NCBI GenBank assembly: GCA_964187785.1
Contig: OZ076409.1
Coordinates: forward strand, 90,584,001-90,648,000
Source of the DNA: Amphiscolops sp. MND2022
Lineage: Eukaryota
Direction: 5' to 3'
Length of the DNA: 64,000 bases
The number at the start of each line of letters is the position of its first letter. Positions within the stretch are counted from its first letter, which is position 1. The position numbers and the translations under genes are program-made. Below, piece after piece: positions 1 to 12,128 of the stretch. The notes below the pieces were generated by a model, which was not told the origin of the DNA, did not search any database, and saw only the letters and a list, made by a program, of their open reading frames with translations.

Positions 1-768
1 TAACTCCTGAATAGGGACATTCGTTGCACGCCCTGAAGCTCCAGGTTCCGCCTGAAAGGCAACCTCGGTAGCGGGGCCTGATTCGTCTCCTCCCTCTGTT
101 CCTGACTCCGAGTCAGCAAAAAGAGCATTTCGGGTATGATGATATCCTAACCTACTTATCTCGTCTTCAGTCTTTTCGGCGTCACTTAGTTCGTTCGGGA
201 GTATCTTTTGAGTTGACAACCCGGGCAGTGCTGGAACCTCATATATGGAAGATGCAGTGTCCTCGCCAGCAGAGAGGTGCGTTCCAGAGTGTTCTCTGAT
301 GAGGGGTGTTGTAACGGGGACCAACTCGGGCAAGCTGCACTCTGCTGTGGTTGTAATCCTGAGAGCCGCTTCGAGGGAAGTCAAACTAGAGGAATGTGCC
401 TCACCTGGGCTGATTGGAACCGGGGTACTCGTCCGGACTTGGTTTGTGTTATCCAAACCTGCGGTTGTTAGTTCGGGAATCTGCTGGGTTTGAAACTCCG
501 TGTTTTCGGCTTGCTCCGTCCCAGAAATTGAGGATTTCTCTTTCAAACGTACAATGTTGGCAGCGTACGTGTTAACATCTTCATCACTACCATCTTCTTT
601 TGAGGATGTCTGTCGATCAAGTTGATTCTCAGGCTCGAAGCCCGTACTACAATTTTCGGTAGGGACTTGGACAAGGGTTGGATTTGTTGTCAAATGAGTT
701 TCTTCTCTTGGGTTTTCTAAACAGAAAGAGATGAATTTTCGCGGTGAGCTTCCTTGGAAAGAATCCAT
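1..768 (-). CDS. 5' part of the antisense accessory gene of element 1 (S/T/E-rich N-terminus), apparently open to the window edge
   Basis: ATG at 768 gives MDSFQGSSPRKFISFCLENPREETH...SDEDVNTYAANIV, matching the N-terminus of the 16213 ORF (..NFISFYLG..EESLSTYAERT). Confidence 0.65.
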   Translation of the reverse strand, partial: MDSFQGSSPRKFISFCLENPREETHLTTNPTLVQVPTENCSTGFEPENQLDRQTSSKEDGSDEDVNTYAANIVRLKEKSSISGTEQAENTEFQTQQIPELTTAGLDNTNQVRTSTPVPISPGEAHSSSLTSLEAALRITTTAECSLPELVPVTTPLIREHSGTHLSAGEDTASSIYEVPALPGLSTQKILPNELSDAEKTEDEISRLGYHHTRNALFADSESGTEGGDESGPATEVAFQAEPGASGRATNVPIQEL

Positions 769-1779
769 TAAGCCGCATTAGAAATCTTCCGGATGTGTTT
801 GAAACGTGAACGAAACGTGCTATCACGTGTTAGATGATAGAAACAGGAAGCGCCTATTGAACAAATTAGCTCTGATTAGGTTAATTTAGTTCAAATTATA
901 AAATCCAAACCAACCTGAGTCAGAAGACATTTTCCTGTAGAAGCACTGTGTTCCGGGAAACAGTCCTAGATCGGCTTGGATAGTTGAGGAATAAGGCCCA
1001 ACTCGGCCAGAGATGAAGGATAAATGGAGAGGATCCAATGGTAAATATCTACTAATGGAGGTGAAGGCAGGAGCAATCGTATATCGTTGTCAGAGACTCG
1101 GATGGGTGGATAATGCAAAAACAACAAGTTGGAGTTCGTGGCTGAAGAAGATCACCAGACTAATATTATATGATTATCTACATATTTAAAGTGTACATGG
1201 AGTCTGCCAGTGAAATGTACAGAAAACCTTCATTATTTACAGCTTGTTTAGTTAGAGGCCGAATATGGCCGTTTGCCTTATTTTGTTTTACCGATTTGTT
1301 CCGTCATCCCAGTTATCCTTAGTTAGAATTTTCGCCATTTTGAATTATTTTAGTTATTATTTTGACCATTTTATTTATTCATTTTTCATTTTATTAATGG
1401 GTAACTCTGATTGGCTGAAGCCATTTTGGGGAGGTTCAGTAACGTAAGCCGTTAATCACCAGCAAACAACCCGTTAATTACTCACTTGAAGTGAAGTTAC
1501 TTGTTGATAACAACTTGAAGATGCTTCTCTCACCCACTTGAGAAATGATATTAGGGGGGCTTACCATCTACAATTCAAAGAAGCGATGCCTCTAAAAAAT
1601 CCATTCAAGAAAGTTTACGACGACTCGGGACAATTAACCTGAGGATCTACCGCCGAGTAGAAAACCCGGGAAAATGTCCTAACTCGGCATACGGCGAAAT
1701 TTCGGTAGACTCATTCTGTCTCAAATTATTCAGCAATCAGTCGCCTTTCCAGCTTCGAAAATCGCTAAAAAAACTCATA

Positions 1780-2566
1780 ATGAGCAAGTTTAACCTCTCA
1801 AGAAAATTTTTTGACTTTGAAGAATACGATTCTGATAACTCCGATAAATCAGTAATCTACATATCCAGTAGTGAAGATGAGTCCTCAGACTGGGAAACTG
1901 ATTGTTCGACGGACACCGAGCAACTGATAGCCCGGATTGAAAGAGAAGTTACTTCACTTCCAGCCCAGTGCTAATCGTTGGCAGGATAATGACCATGGAT
2001 GAACCCGAAGACGAGGCGGGAGCTGGGCCAAGTACGTCTCAAGTGGAAGAAGGAGTGACACCGAAACTAGGCCTAAAATACTTCGATAAAGAAATGTGCT
2101 ATACCCCACCAAGGAAAATTGTAAAGAAGCGCATAGAGCTCTGTAACACGATAATGCCCGTCCTAGAATCGCCTATGTCACCCCCGGAGCACGAGAGGGG
2201 CCCAAGTGTGGACACCCCTTTCTCCAGCCGACTTCGAGTAGCTTTCATGCGTCCTACCATGTGCAGAATACAGTACCCTACCAAAATGTCAGTGAGGAAC
2301 GTTATACAGGATGCATGGTTTGCGGTCGCTCAGTGGACTCAATCAAGAACGAAAAGGTGAAATTGTATATGCAACGATATACATCAAGAGATGAGCCTGA
2401 ATACATCACGAGACTCAGAAAGGAGGCATATGAAAACGGAGTTAAAGCTGGCTGTTTTCTTTTTATCACACCCGCAGTGTCGCAGGCTGCCGCCTGTGAC
2501 GGTACGACAGTGACTACGTCAGCGAACGGAAAGGAGTTTGTACCCGGAACACTACCCATCTATTGA
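1780..2566 (+). pseudogene. Frameshifted homolog of the CxxC accessory ORF at 17271-18128
   Basis: Three overlapping ORFs carry consecutive matching blocks: VIYISSSEDE / LCNTIMPVLESPMSPPEHERGPS / CMVCGRSVDSIK...VSQAAACDG...PGTLPIY. Confidence 0.85.
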
Positions 2567-4343
2567 TCGGGCTAAAACATAAACTTAGAACTTTCACGCC
2601 ATTTTTGTTATTCAATACATATTATGTTTGTTGATGTTGCTAGCTTTTTATATATACTTGCACATGTAAAATTAGTCTGTTAAAAGTTACATTTGAAGGT
2701 CCAAATAGTATAATTGTGGTTTCAAAGATTGAAAGGCGCTTTGCAATTGTAAACGTAATACGCGACAATGTAGCTGTATAGCGTAAAGGAAACGAGTTCA
2801 AGTGAGCGAAACTCTCATTCCGGAGACGTCACTTGAACTCAACATTCTAGCCAATCACATCGCTTCTCTTCGCTATATTAGTACTGCTTTGATTGTGTAG
2901 TGGCCGAGTATGGCCAATTGACTCAATATATATACTTCACTACACGCTTTAGTCAAATGGCCGATTCCAGCCACCTAGATGAAATGATATGTATACTCGT
3001 GTAATTAATCATACTAATCGGAAATTGTTGTAAATGTATCCCTGATGTTGAATGAAAGCTTCAACACCGATCAATGCACCTAGCAGACCTAGTGCTAATT
3101 TAAAGGCCGAATAAGGCTTTCGCCCTCCCTTATTATAATGCCGGAATAACAAACCGGACTTGTCCATTTTTGGCCTTGATAAAAGGTGCTTTACTTTGAT
3201 GGTGTAGTACTATTTTAAACAAGCTGATCATGTAAAATTTGATTTTGTTTCAACCTGTGTTAAACATTGAACACGTGGCAACACGTGTCGCAGTGGCTTC
3301 CCGAAAGGGATGCCTCTTACATTCTTTCAGTGAGTATTGGTATTTGTTGACAAGATAATGGTGATGATGTTTTCATAAAGCAATTTTTAAAGGTGCGGTT
3401 TGTGTACCTACCGAAGAGCTATTTATTTGATGTTGGAATCTCAGAAATTACCTGAATGTCGGGAATTTACCCGGTTGGGGTTTCACTCAAATATGTGCTT
3501 TGAAGTGTTGAATACTTCACTAGTAACAATGATGATGTTTATCTCGTGACATGTTAAGGCCGCGATCATGTAATATTCTCCTAATCAAAGAATCCGTGGA
3601 ATGTGGCTGTCACCTTTTGAGAGTATATGTACCCATGTTTCGAGAGGAGAAGTTATAACTTTCACATCTCTGCTTTGATAAAGATTGAATTGATATAACG
3701 ATTCTCAACTAGTTTTCCGGTGTAAATAAATAAAATATTTGACCCGGTTCTGTCTTGATGCCTGTGACTAGGAAACAAAAGAAAGCGAAGAAATCGAGCG
3801 GAATAGAGATGCTCTCAGATATAGAAAACTTAGATATCATGCTTGGTGAGAACCATTATAACAGGAATGAAAGGGAAGAAAGCGTCATTAGTAATCAGGC
3901 TAGGAGGCCAAGAAGTCTTTCAAGAGACGAATTTGAAAACAATGGTGAGAATAATTATCTGGAAACAGGTAGTTTCGGCCCCGGTACTAGTGCCAATCAT
4001 GGCCAAAATTCAACAGGAAGCAATTCAAGTGCCGAGATCAACAGGTTGTCAAGTGAGTTGAATTCAAGATTGTCTAGAGAACTTGATGATATGATGAGTA
4101 GTGTTAATACCCAGATTCAGAGGGCAATCAATGATGCAATCAGCGGTCAAATATTACCGCAAATCCAATCTGTTCTAAATGTTGGATCGGGGCAATCGAC
4201 ACTAAATAAATGGAACGTTCCGTCCGAGAGACCGGAAGTGAAATCCGAAGAGACCTATGGTGAGAAAGCCAAGAAAAGCAATAGAAGTGAGCAGCGCTTT
4301 GATTACCTAAATGAAAGTCAGTCTAATTTACGTGCTTACGACA
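2478..4343 (+). repeat. 3' LTR of element 1 (~1.87 kb)
   Basis: Starts TGTCGCAGGCTGCCGCCTGTGACGG (identical to 6705 and 18040), contains the Gag N-terminus, and ends ...cttacgaCA where an unrelated repeat begins; the partner LTR is outside the window. Confidence 0.7.
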
Positions 4344-4435
4344 AATATTCTACACTTTTTAGTTTTTTGAGAGTTGTTGTCTCCATTTGTGGAAAAAGTG
4401 GTTTTCGAGTCTTATGCATATCCCTTGCGGTATAA
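3758..4435 (+). CDS. LTR-encoded Gag N-terminal segment reading out into flanking DNA
   Basis: MPVTRKQKKAKKS..EMLSDIENLDIMLG..LSSELNSRLSRELDDMM..QIQRAINDAISGQILPQIQ aligns with 7802 MPSTRRQKAKSRKS..DMLSDYGNMDVML..LSGEMNARMSREMEAMM..QITRAISSAISERVIPEIQ. Confidence 0.75.
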   Translation: MPVTRKQKKAKKSSGIEMLSDIENLDIMLGENHYNRNEREESVISNQARRPRSLSRDEFENNGENNYLETGSFGPGTSANHGQNSTGSNSSAEINRLSSELNSRLSRELDDMMSSVNTQIQRAINDAISGQILPQIQSVLNVGSGQSTLNKWNVPSERPEVKSEETYGEKAKKSNRSEQRFDYLNESQSNLRAYDKYSTLFSFLRVVVSICGKSGFRVLCISLAV

Positions 4436-6480
4436 CTTGGCACTGTAAAATTGATGAAGTTTTAGCAAAAGTGCTTTTGAATATGTAAAATATTTTACAT
4501 TTTTGAACCTTGGCGCGGGGCGCCAACTTGGGCCGTTTCCGGCTTGTTAATTCTCACACTCTTTGAAGCTATATCTGGTTACTATTATTATCACTAGTGA
4601 AGGATATGGTAATCCTGACGTGAGTTTCATGGTATACTTTTAGTCCATGACACTCAGATTCATGACAGTCATGATGTAATTCGTATAAATAGCAAGTCCC
4701 ATAAGGCTCAGAACCGTTCTTTGGAATACTTCCAAACAATAGAAATCTCCATCGTGTGAGATTCAATCTGTTGTTACTTTCTGAAGTTATTGTTAGCCCA
4801 GTCAGTTCACATTAAAGGAAAAGCAGCGTTCCAGACAGCCAGACGTAATGCCAGCCTTGGAGGAGAAGAATGTAATGCTGGGAAATCCCCAAGGACTGAT
4901 TAAAGGAAACGATTCGATCTCATCGTCAGGAAAAGAACAAGTCTGCGGTATATCTGAGGCTCAAAAAGCGCAAGGTTTTTAAAATTCTAAAAGGCCCCTT
5001 TGGGCTTTTTGACAACCCAGTTTGTCGCAAAATATCAAAGAACTGAAGGAAGGACCCTTTGGAGACCTTGAAAAAGTTTCGGAAAAACAACGAAAATGAT
5101 AACTTTTTAACAGTCTCATGGTGCCGAAAAATGTAAAAAGAGGACCTGGCTTTTTCAGCATCCATTCGGTTGCAAAAACGAAGAGGGCTCCATCGGAGAC
5201 AGTAGAAGAAATCGAGAAAAAGTCTCACGAAACCTAGAAAAAGCTCATGAAAGTCTCATAGTGCCGAAAAGTTCAAGTACTAAGTAATGTTTGTAAAACC
5301 TTTTCGGTATGCACAAAAAATGGTTTATACAGGGTGAGCTCTTTGGTATGAAAAAAAAAAACAAATGAAAACTAGCCATTGTAATAGTCTAATAGTCTGG
5401 CACTTTTCATTTGAAAAGTGCCGACTGAAAATACAATAGGATATTTTAGGTCTCTAATAAATACCAACAATAGAAAGAATAGCGAAATACTCGCTGAGAC
5501 CGCTAGAATAATAAACTCAAGAGTTAGACAGACCTTTTTCAAGGATGAAATTAGTTATTGCAAGAACCGAAGCAAACCTGTCATGTGGAACACTTTTGGT
5601 CTGATTTTGTTTCGTGAAACCACAGAATGTGTGCGAAGCTCCACTTTCAACAGCGAGAGTTGTTCACGCAGCCAGTTATTAGGACGCGCGCTTCCCTAGT
5701 TTCCCCCTGTGTTTTTTGGCACATTGAGAGTTTTTCGAAGCAAATATTTCACCAAAGGATCCCCTCGCGGTTGTCCCGTATTTGAACTTCCAGAAAGACA
5801 TTTGTCAAGCCGAAAGGTTCGCATTCAATTCATTTCGGCACTGTGCGACGTTTTTACCAAATTGGGTATTTTTTGATGATGTATTGATTTAAAAAACTTC
5901 GAGACCGAAGCTTTTTGAGCTTTGGGCGGGGCGCCGACTTTGGACGTTCTCTACTTGTTTTTAGTCGGCGCTTTATCCTTTTAAGGAAAAATGTCCGACT
6001 ATAGCAGTGACCTTTTTTCCTTCAGACAACAATCCTCACACTGATCGGTCCACTTTTTAGAAACAATCCTGAAACCACCTAAGGGGCCAAGTCCGGCCAA
6101 GGGGCCAAGGCAAACTTAGTGCAAAGGGTCCCCCTTTCGTTTTTTTACTTTTTCAAGGTAACCTACAAAACCGGACGGGACTAAAGAGTCCCCTCTTTTG
6201 ATTTTTTTCTGCACTGTGCGACTTTTTTTCGAAAATTTTTCAATGTCCCAAAGGGTCCCACCTTTGAGTTTTTTGTTATTTTGCAACAGAATGCATGTTT
6301 GTAAATCAAAAAGGGTCCCCCTTTTACATTTTTCGGTACTGTGCGACATTTTCCGAAAGAGAAAAATTTTTCGGAAATTTCAAGTTTTTTTCCAAAAAAA
6401 ATGTTTTGCGCTTTTTGAGCCTTAGATATAGCGCCGACTTTAGACGTTCTCGTCTTGTTTTTTCATAACCTAATGAAGAG
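4344..6480. repeat. Cluster of a non-coding dispersed repeat family (ggtcccc / ttcggcactgtgcgac / gcgccgactttggacgttctc motifs) in both orientations
   Basis: Motifs recur at ~4515, 4940-5280 (reverse), 5830-5960 and 6120-6460, and again near 25450, 38330-38420 and 39530-39900. Confidence 0.6.
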
Positions 6481-6704
6481 CGGAGAATGAACCGTGTCAG
6501 AAACAGGCTAGTTACCGTTCATGATTTAATTTTCGGAAAAGTGTCAGAACTTCAGTTAATCTCGTTCAAAAAGCATCTCAAGCCAAACTCCGGATTTCAC
6601 TATCGACCATTGTTTTTCTAGAGATAATGTTTTTCTTCACTGTATGCTTCCGAGTTTTCAGCATCGTAAATAAACCAGTAAAATGTTAGGCTTCAGAATC
6701 ATGA

Positions 6705-8363
6705 TGTCGCAGGCTGCCGCCTGTGACGGCAATTTTTACACAATTGATGCCAGCAGACAGAACGCCCTACCCGGCACTTTGCCGCTACAGTAAAACTGTC
6801 AATGCATTAACAATAAGTTTGAAAACTTTTAGTTATAATATTTGTACTGTTTACAATACATGTAAATTTGGTTTAATTTGTTGTGATAATATTTGACAGC
6901 AAGTTATACTGACAGGCAGAAAGGAAAAGTGTTCAAATGGCTGCCTGTTCAGTATAGCTAATATGGCCGCGTACGGCAAATTGGCCAATCACAGCAGTGC
7001 TACTTTTACTCATTCACTCATAGTTGCTAGCTATATATTTACTCAAGAAAGGACCAGTCCGGCCACACGATTAGACCGGCCTGCTTTGTTTGATGCTATG
7101 CTTTGTTTGTTGATAACTGTACAAGCAAATAAGGACGGACTCGGCTTACGAGTTAAGTGGTCCAATTGTTAGAATTGCTAAATACCAGTTGCAATATACC
7201 AGTAGAATACCTGTTGCTATTACTTTAAGTAAGGCCTTTCACGGCCTATCGACACATTGAGTGTTATCTGAAATGATACATGTAAATGTTGATCTGTTAA
7301 ACATGAAGTGTTGCTACATACATATAACCGTAGTTAGATGATGGATACACGGCGCTTTCTTAGTAAATGCAGTTTCATCATTTAATCCCCATGAATGTAG
7401 AATGCCCCTCATGGCGATCGGCCATGTAGGTCCATATAGATTATGTATACATGTAGTGTTGATTCAAACATGTAAACCTGTTCGGCCGTTCAAACGGTAT
7501 GCCCCGTTACGGCCCTGCAAGGCTCTTTGATCATGCCGCCCCAAATATGCTTAGTGACGTAATGTTACCATTTATAGTGCTGACGTATCTATTTTTAGTT
7601 TGCGTTGCTATTTTTAGTATCATGACCGTTACAATTTTGCATGTCATGCCCTCTGGGGTATATATACCCAAGTCGGCCTGACAAAGGTTAATCATAATTT
7701 TGCAGCTACCTGATACATTACGCTCATCTTGATTAATCTGAAAATAGAAGTATTTGTCCCCAGGAACAATTCAAATATTTTCTCCTGGAATAACATTTTC
7801 AATGCCTTCTACGAGGAGACAAAAGGCCAAGTCTAGAAAATCTAGAGAATTAGATATGTTGTCCGACTACGGCAACATGGACGTAATGCTATGTGGCAGA
7901 AGTTCCAACTCTATAGAAAGAGAACTTGATAGCTTGATTATTGTCCCTGAGGGACAACGAGACTTTCAGTCCTTTCCGAACAGGGAAAATTCATCTCAAG
8001 AAAATGAGATTAGAAACATCGATAGTAGAAATGAACCAGTTAGGGAAAGTAGACTAATAGAGTCTATCAATACACTATCTGGGGAAATGAACGCTAGGAT
8101 GTCGCGCGAGATGGAGGCTATGATGGAGCTAATGCAATCACAAATTACCAGGGCCATTAGTTCTGCTATAAGCGAGAGAGTTATTCCAGAAATACAGAAT
8201 ATGGTAGAAAATTTGCCTTTGGGTCAACATGGCGTTGAGCCGGGTACGTCCTTAAATGAGGATGGAACCAGAAGCGCATGGGAGAACACAAATACAAGAA
8301 TGACAAAGAAGGACTCAAGGTCCGCTTGTGACCTGAGAGAACATCCGGACGTTAGTCCTTACA
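6705..8363 (+). repeat. 5' LTR
   Basis: Direct repeat of 18040-19698 with about a dozen substitutions by eye and no indels; begins TG, ends CA. Confidence 0.97.
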
Positions 8364-8783
8364 TGGTGACAGGAGCTACCGAACTCCAACAGCCGATTCC
8401 TGAATTCCTCACGGGACGAATTCACTCTCAGCCAGACCTCCAAAGACAAGAATCTACTCATGATACAACTCTGGATACAACTCTGCCAATAGTGGAGCCT
8501 GCTATGACAGAACAGCAACAAGACCCTATCAACCGATTGGCAGATGTCCTGGCAAACCTCCAAAATAAACCACACTCGATGACAATTAGACCAGTCACGA
8601 CGAACCCCATGACATTTGACGGCAAAACAGAGAAATTTGAATTGTTTGAAGATTTATTTCATACAATGATAAAGATGCAGCCTGCCATGACTGAACAAAT
8701 GAAAATAAATCATTTTCATTCTCTGCTCAGAAAAGGAGCACTGCAAACTTTCCGAAATATAAACTCCATAAACCGGCAAACAT
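7802..8783 (+). CDS. gag: Gag, initiated inside the 5' LTR and truncated by an internal deletion
   Basis: ORF runs through the LTR end and PBS into a retrotransposon capsid-like segment TFDGKTEKFELFEDLF..KINHFHSLLRKGALQTF. Confidence 0.85.
8364..8381 (+). promoter_or_regulatory. Primer binding site (tRNA not assigned)
   Basis: TGGTGACAGGAGCTACCG immediately follows the LTR-terminal CA; TGG complements the tRNA CCA end. Confidence 0.75.
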
Positions 8784-8784
8784 C

Positions 8785-11700
8785 CAGGGCCTTAGCAGGG
8801 CATTATCAGCATTTTCAAGTTTTATGAGGGAATATCTCGATAAAGTTATCAAAGCTGATCAATGTGCCCAATATGTCGACGACATTGGCATAGCCGCCAA
8901 TGATGCGGATCATCTCATAAAAAATTTGAAAGCAACTTTTGAGTGCATTAGGCATGCTGGCCTTAAACTGACAATGCACAAATGCCACTTCGGGGCAACG
9001 GAAATCGATTTCTTGGGGAGAACAATTACTCCGGAGGGAGTCAAACCACAAAAGGTGCGAATAACAAACTTCCTAGAAAAAACCAAATTTCCCAAATCTA
9101 AAAAGGCTCCTCTACAAAGATATCTTGGTTATCTAAATTATTACAGGAACTATATTCCAAGATTATCTGAAAAATTAGCTCCTTTCTTTCAACTTCTCAA
9201 AAAAGACGAAAAAGTCCTGGTGACCACAGAACTAATACAACAGTTCAATGAAATCAACTGGGACCTCGACAAATGTAGCCAATTGGCCCTGAAGCAACCT
9301 TTGGCAAACAAGCAACTGGTCCTGATGACAGACGCTAGTTTCACAGCGGCCGGCTACGCCATACTTACCGAGGACGACCCAAACCAGAAGTATTCATCTG
9401 TCAAAAAATCATACGCTCCAATTGCATATGGCTCAAAAACGTTTACGCCATCGCAACTCAAAATGTCCATATACGCCAAGGAATTCTTAGCGATTTACTA
9501 CGCATTCAAAGAATTTGGACATATTTTCTGGGGAGCCCCTAAACCGATTACCATCCTCACGGACAACAAATCGGTCACGAGATTCTTCCAGACGAAGATA
9601 ATCCCTCCAACACTCTGGAATGCATGTGACTATGTAATACAATTCAATTTTGTCATAGCACATATACCAGGGAAAAACAACACAGCCGCCGACTACTTAT
9701 CTCGCATGGAAATGGACCCCAGAGAGAAACTAGTCCTTAAAATCCGCGAAGACATAGAGACTAAGCCCATCGAGGTCAATGTCCAATCGGCAGGCGTTGC
9801 TGAAGAGGAACAGGTTTTCTTCACGGAGCAAGATGATGAGACGCTCAAATTTGGGAGGGTAAAAAACAAAACCGAACCAACCCAATCGACCAAGAAGGCG
9901 TTATTCAAATTGACGCAATATCTGAAAACATAGTAGATGAGATTACAAACTTTACCCAAAAAATGCGCAGAACGAATCAAATTTTACTTGAACAATCCAA
10001 AGACCCTATACTGCGCCAACTCAAAGCCAAAATTCAGAACGAAGACTATTCTGAAGAACTACTCCAGCAAGATATCCGATACAAACACTACCTTAACAAC
10101 TTGGACCGAATAGTCCTTAAAGACGAAATAGTCACACGACAATATTATGATGAAACTGGACAAGTCAAGTATCACCAAGTTCTCTTACCAAAACACCTTT
10201 TGACAGAATTGTTACAAGCCTTACACGGAACGGCGCACAAACACCCGGGTATATCGAAAATGTTACAAGAAATACGACAGAAATACTACTACCCCGGTAT
10301 AGCCAAACACGTTAAAAAATGGGGAGAAGGATGTGTAACTTGCGCAAAAGATAAACGGGTCCCAAACAACAGGATAACGCCCGAATTGCTTAACTTGCCA
10401 GAATGGGACCTTGGACCAGAGGACGCAATGCAAATCGATTTACTCCCAAACTTGCCAACAAGTGGAGGTTACCAAACAGTGATGACAGCAATAGATGTCT
10501 TTTCAAGATATCTGTTTGCCTACCCACTAGTTGAGGCAACAGCCTCTAACACGGCAAAGGTCTTAATGGACATCATGACAAAGCACTCATATTTGCCAAC
10601 AACGATCATCACCGACAAAGGAACCGCTATTACATCAAAAATTATTGCAGAGATAACGCAAGTATTGGGAATAACCCTAAAATGTGCGACGACTAAACAT
10701 CCGCAAACAATTGGCAAACTCGAGAGAACTCACGCCTCATTGAAAACAAATTTGAAAATGGCCTCAGGGGAATATCGCCGTCAATGGCACAAATATTTGC
10801 CACTAGCAGTGCTCAATTATAACACAACATATCATTCCAGCATCGGTTGTGAACCGAGCAAGGTCTTTCACGGAAGAATTCCCTATAATGTTCTTGACCA
10901 TAAACTTGGAAATAATCCTAATAAGGATTTCCTCCCGACTACTGAATTTGCTGAAGAATTACAACAGAGAACAAAAGTTCTCATTGACAAAACGAAGCAT
11001 AACATTATGCAGTCCTACTTGAAATATAAGGAGTACTATGACCGAAAGGCCAAAGCAGCTCCTCTCAGTGAACAAGATTTTTGCTTTATCCTACAACCTA
11101 AAGCGGACAATCAAGGATCAAAAATACCATTCAGAGAATATCGCTGGATCGGTCCTTATCGAATTGGAAAGGTATTACCTAACGACAATTACATTGTCCG
11201 CCGGTTAAATACGAATAAAACACAGATATTACACCGAATCCGCCTGAAAAAGTTTGTTCCTAATACGACTTTAGAGGCCAAATATGCCAAAGAGAAATTG
11301 CAACCAGATGATGAAATAATCATACCACAAGATGATTTATACACCATCTCATGGGAAGCAGATTTTGACTACCATCGCTTTGAGCCGAGACGAGACGATA
11401 ATACGGACGAAGAATCGCAAACACCAGACAGCGATGCTGGTGTCACGACTAGTGATTACGTCATTTATGACAACGCTGATGACAACGCGGCAAGGCCGAG
11501 GACGGCCACCAGCCGAGACGGCACAATCACACGAGACGCAAATGACGTCACCGAACTTTAATGAACGAACCAAAAAGAATGAAAATGAAGCGGGACCGAG
11601 TACGGCCGCTAGCCGAGACGCACCTATAATGCATGATGAACATGACGTTAGCGAGAATGCTGCGCGAGACGAACAAAGCAGCGAAATAGAAAGGCCGAGA

Positions 11701-11949
11701 ACGGCCACTAGCCGAAATAGCCACAATGGTGGCAATACACCACCTAGTTCAGAAAAGAACGTGAATGACGTCACAAATGAATTAGAAAGCGAGGAAAACT
11801 CTCCTAACGAGGGGGATGATATTACCGTGCCCGGAATATCGAATGAAAAAGCAAATGAAAAAACTGATGAAAACTCTAGCCCTAGAAGGGGGAAATACAA
11901 CCTTCGACCTAACCCCAACCCCAACTATACTGATGAATACAGATACTAG
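8785..11949 (+). pseudogene. pol: pol remnant: C-terminal RT, RNase H, integrase; frameshifts near 9845 and 11555
   Basis: QGLSRALSAF..QYVDDI (RT); TDAS..KEFLAI..TDNK..NTAADYLSR (RNase H); H-x4-H..CVTC, IDLL..TDKG..LERTH, WIGPY (integrase); C-terminal RGKYNLRPNP. Confidence 0.95.
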
Positions 11950-12128
11950 TCAGAAATGTTAAATTATGTCCCTATTTATTTTATTGCCCGAGATGGCATG
12001 TTTTTTACTGGGACTACTCTGACTTCTTTGACTCAAAAGAAACTAACTATATAAATAATAGAACAAGAGGACAGAATTGGAAATTTACAAATGCGAAGTC
12101 TAGAATAACAAATGTACTTTATGTACAT

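Larger units (their letters stand above)
1..4343 (+). mobile_element. 3' part of a diverged relative of the 6705-19698 Gypsy element (antisense gene 5' end, divergent spacer, CxxC ORF, 3' LTR); runs off the window start
   Basis: Same module order as 15251-19698 with homologous peptides (MDSFQGSSPRKFISFCLEN vs MYSYSGRIPLNFISFYLGM; VSQAAACDG...PGTLP; Gag N-terminus) and an identical 25-nt LTR start. Confidence 0.85.

Noticed and set aside
6963..7681. Short ORFs in the LTR (69 and 60 aa), duplicated at 18256-19016
   Set aside because: They are duplicated only because the LTR is, and have no counterpart in the related LTR at 2478-4343
11349..11924. 191-aa minus-strand ORF opposite the integrase tail
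   Set aside because: Shadow ORF of a low-complexity coding region with no independent support
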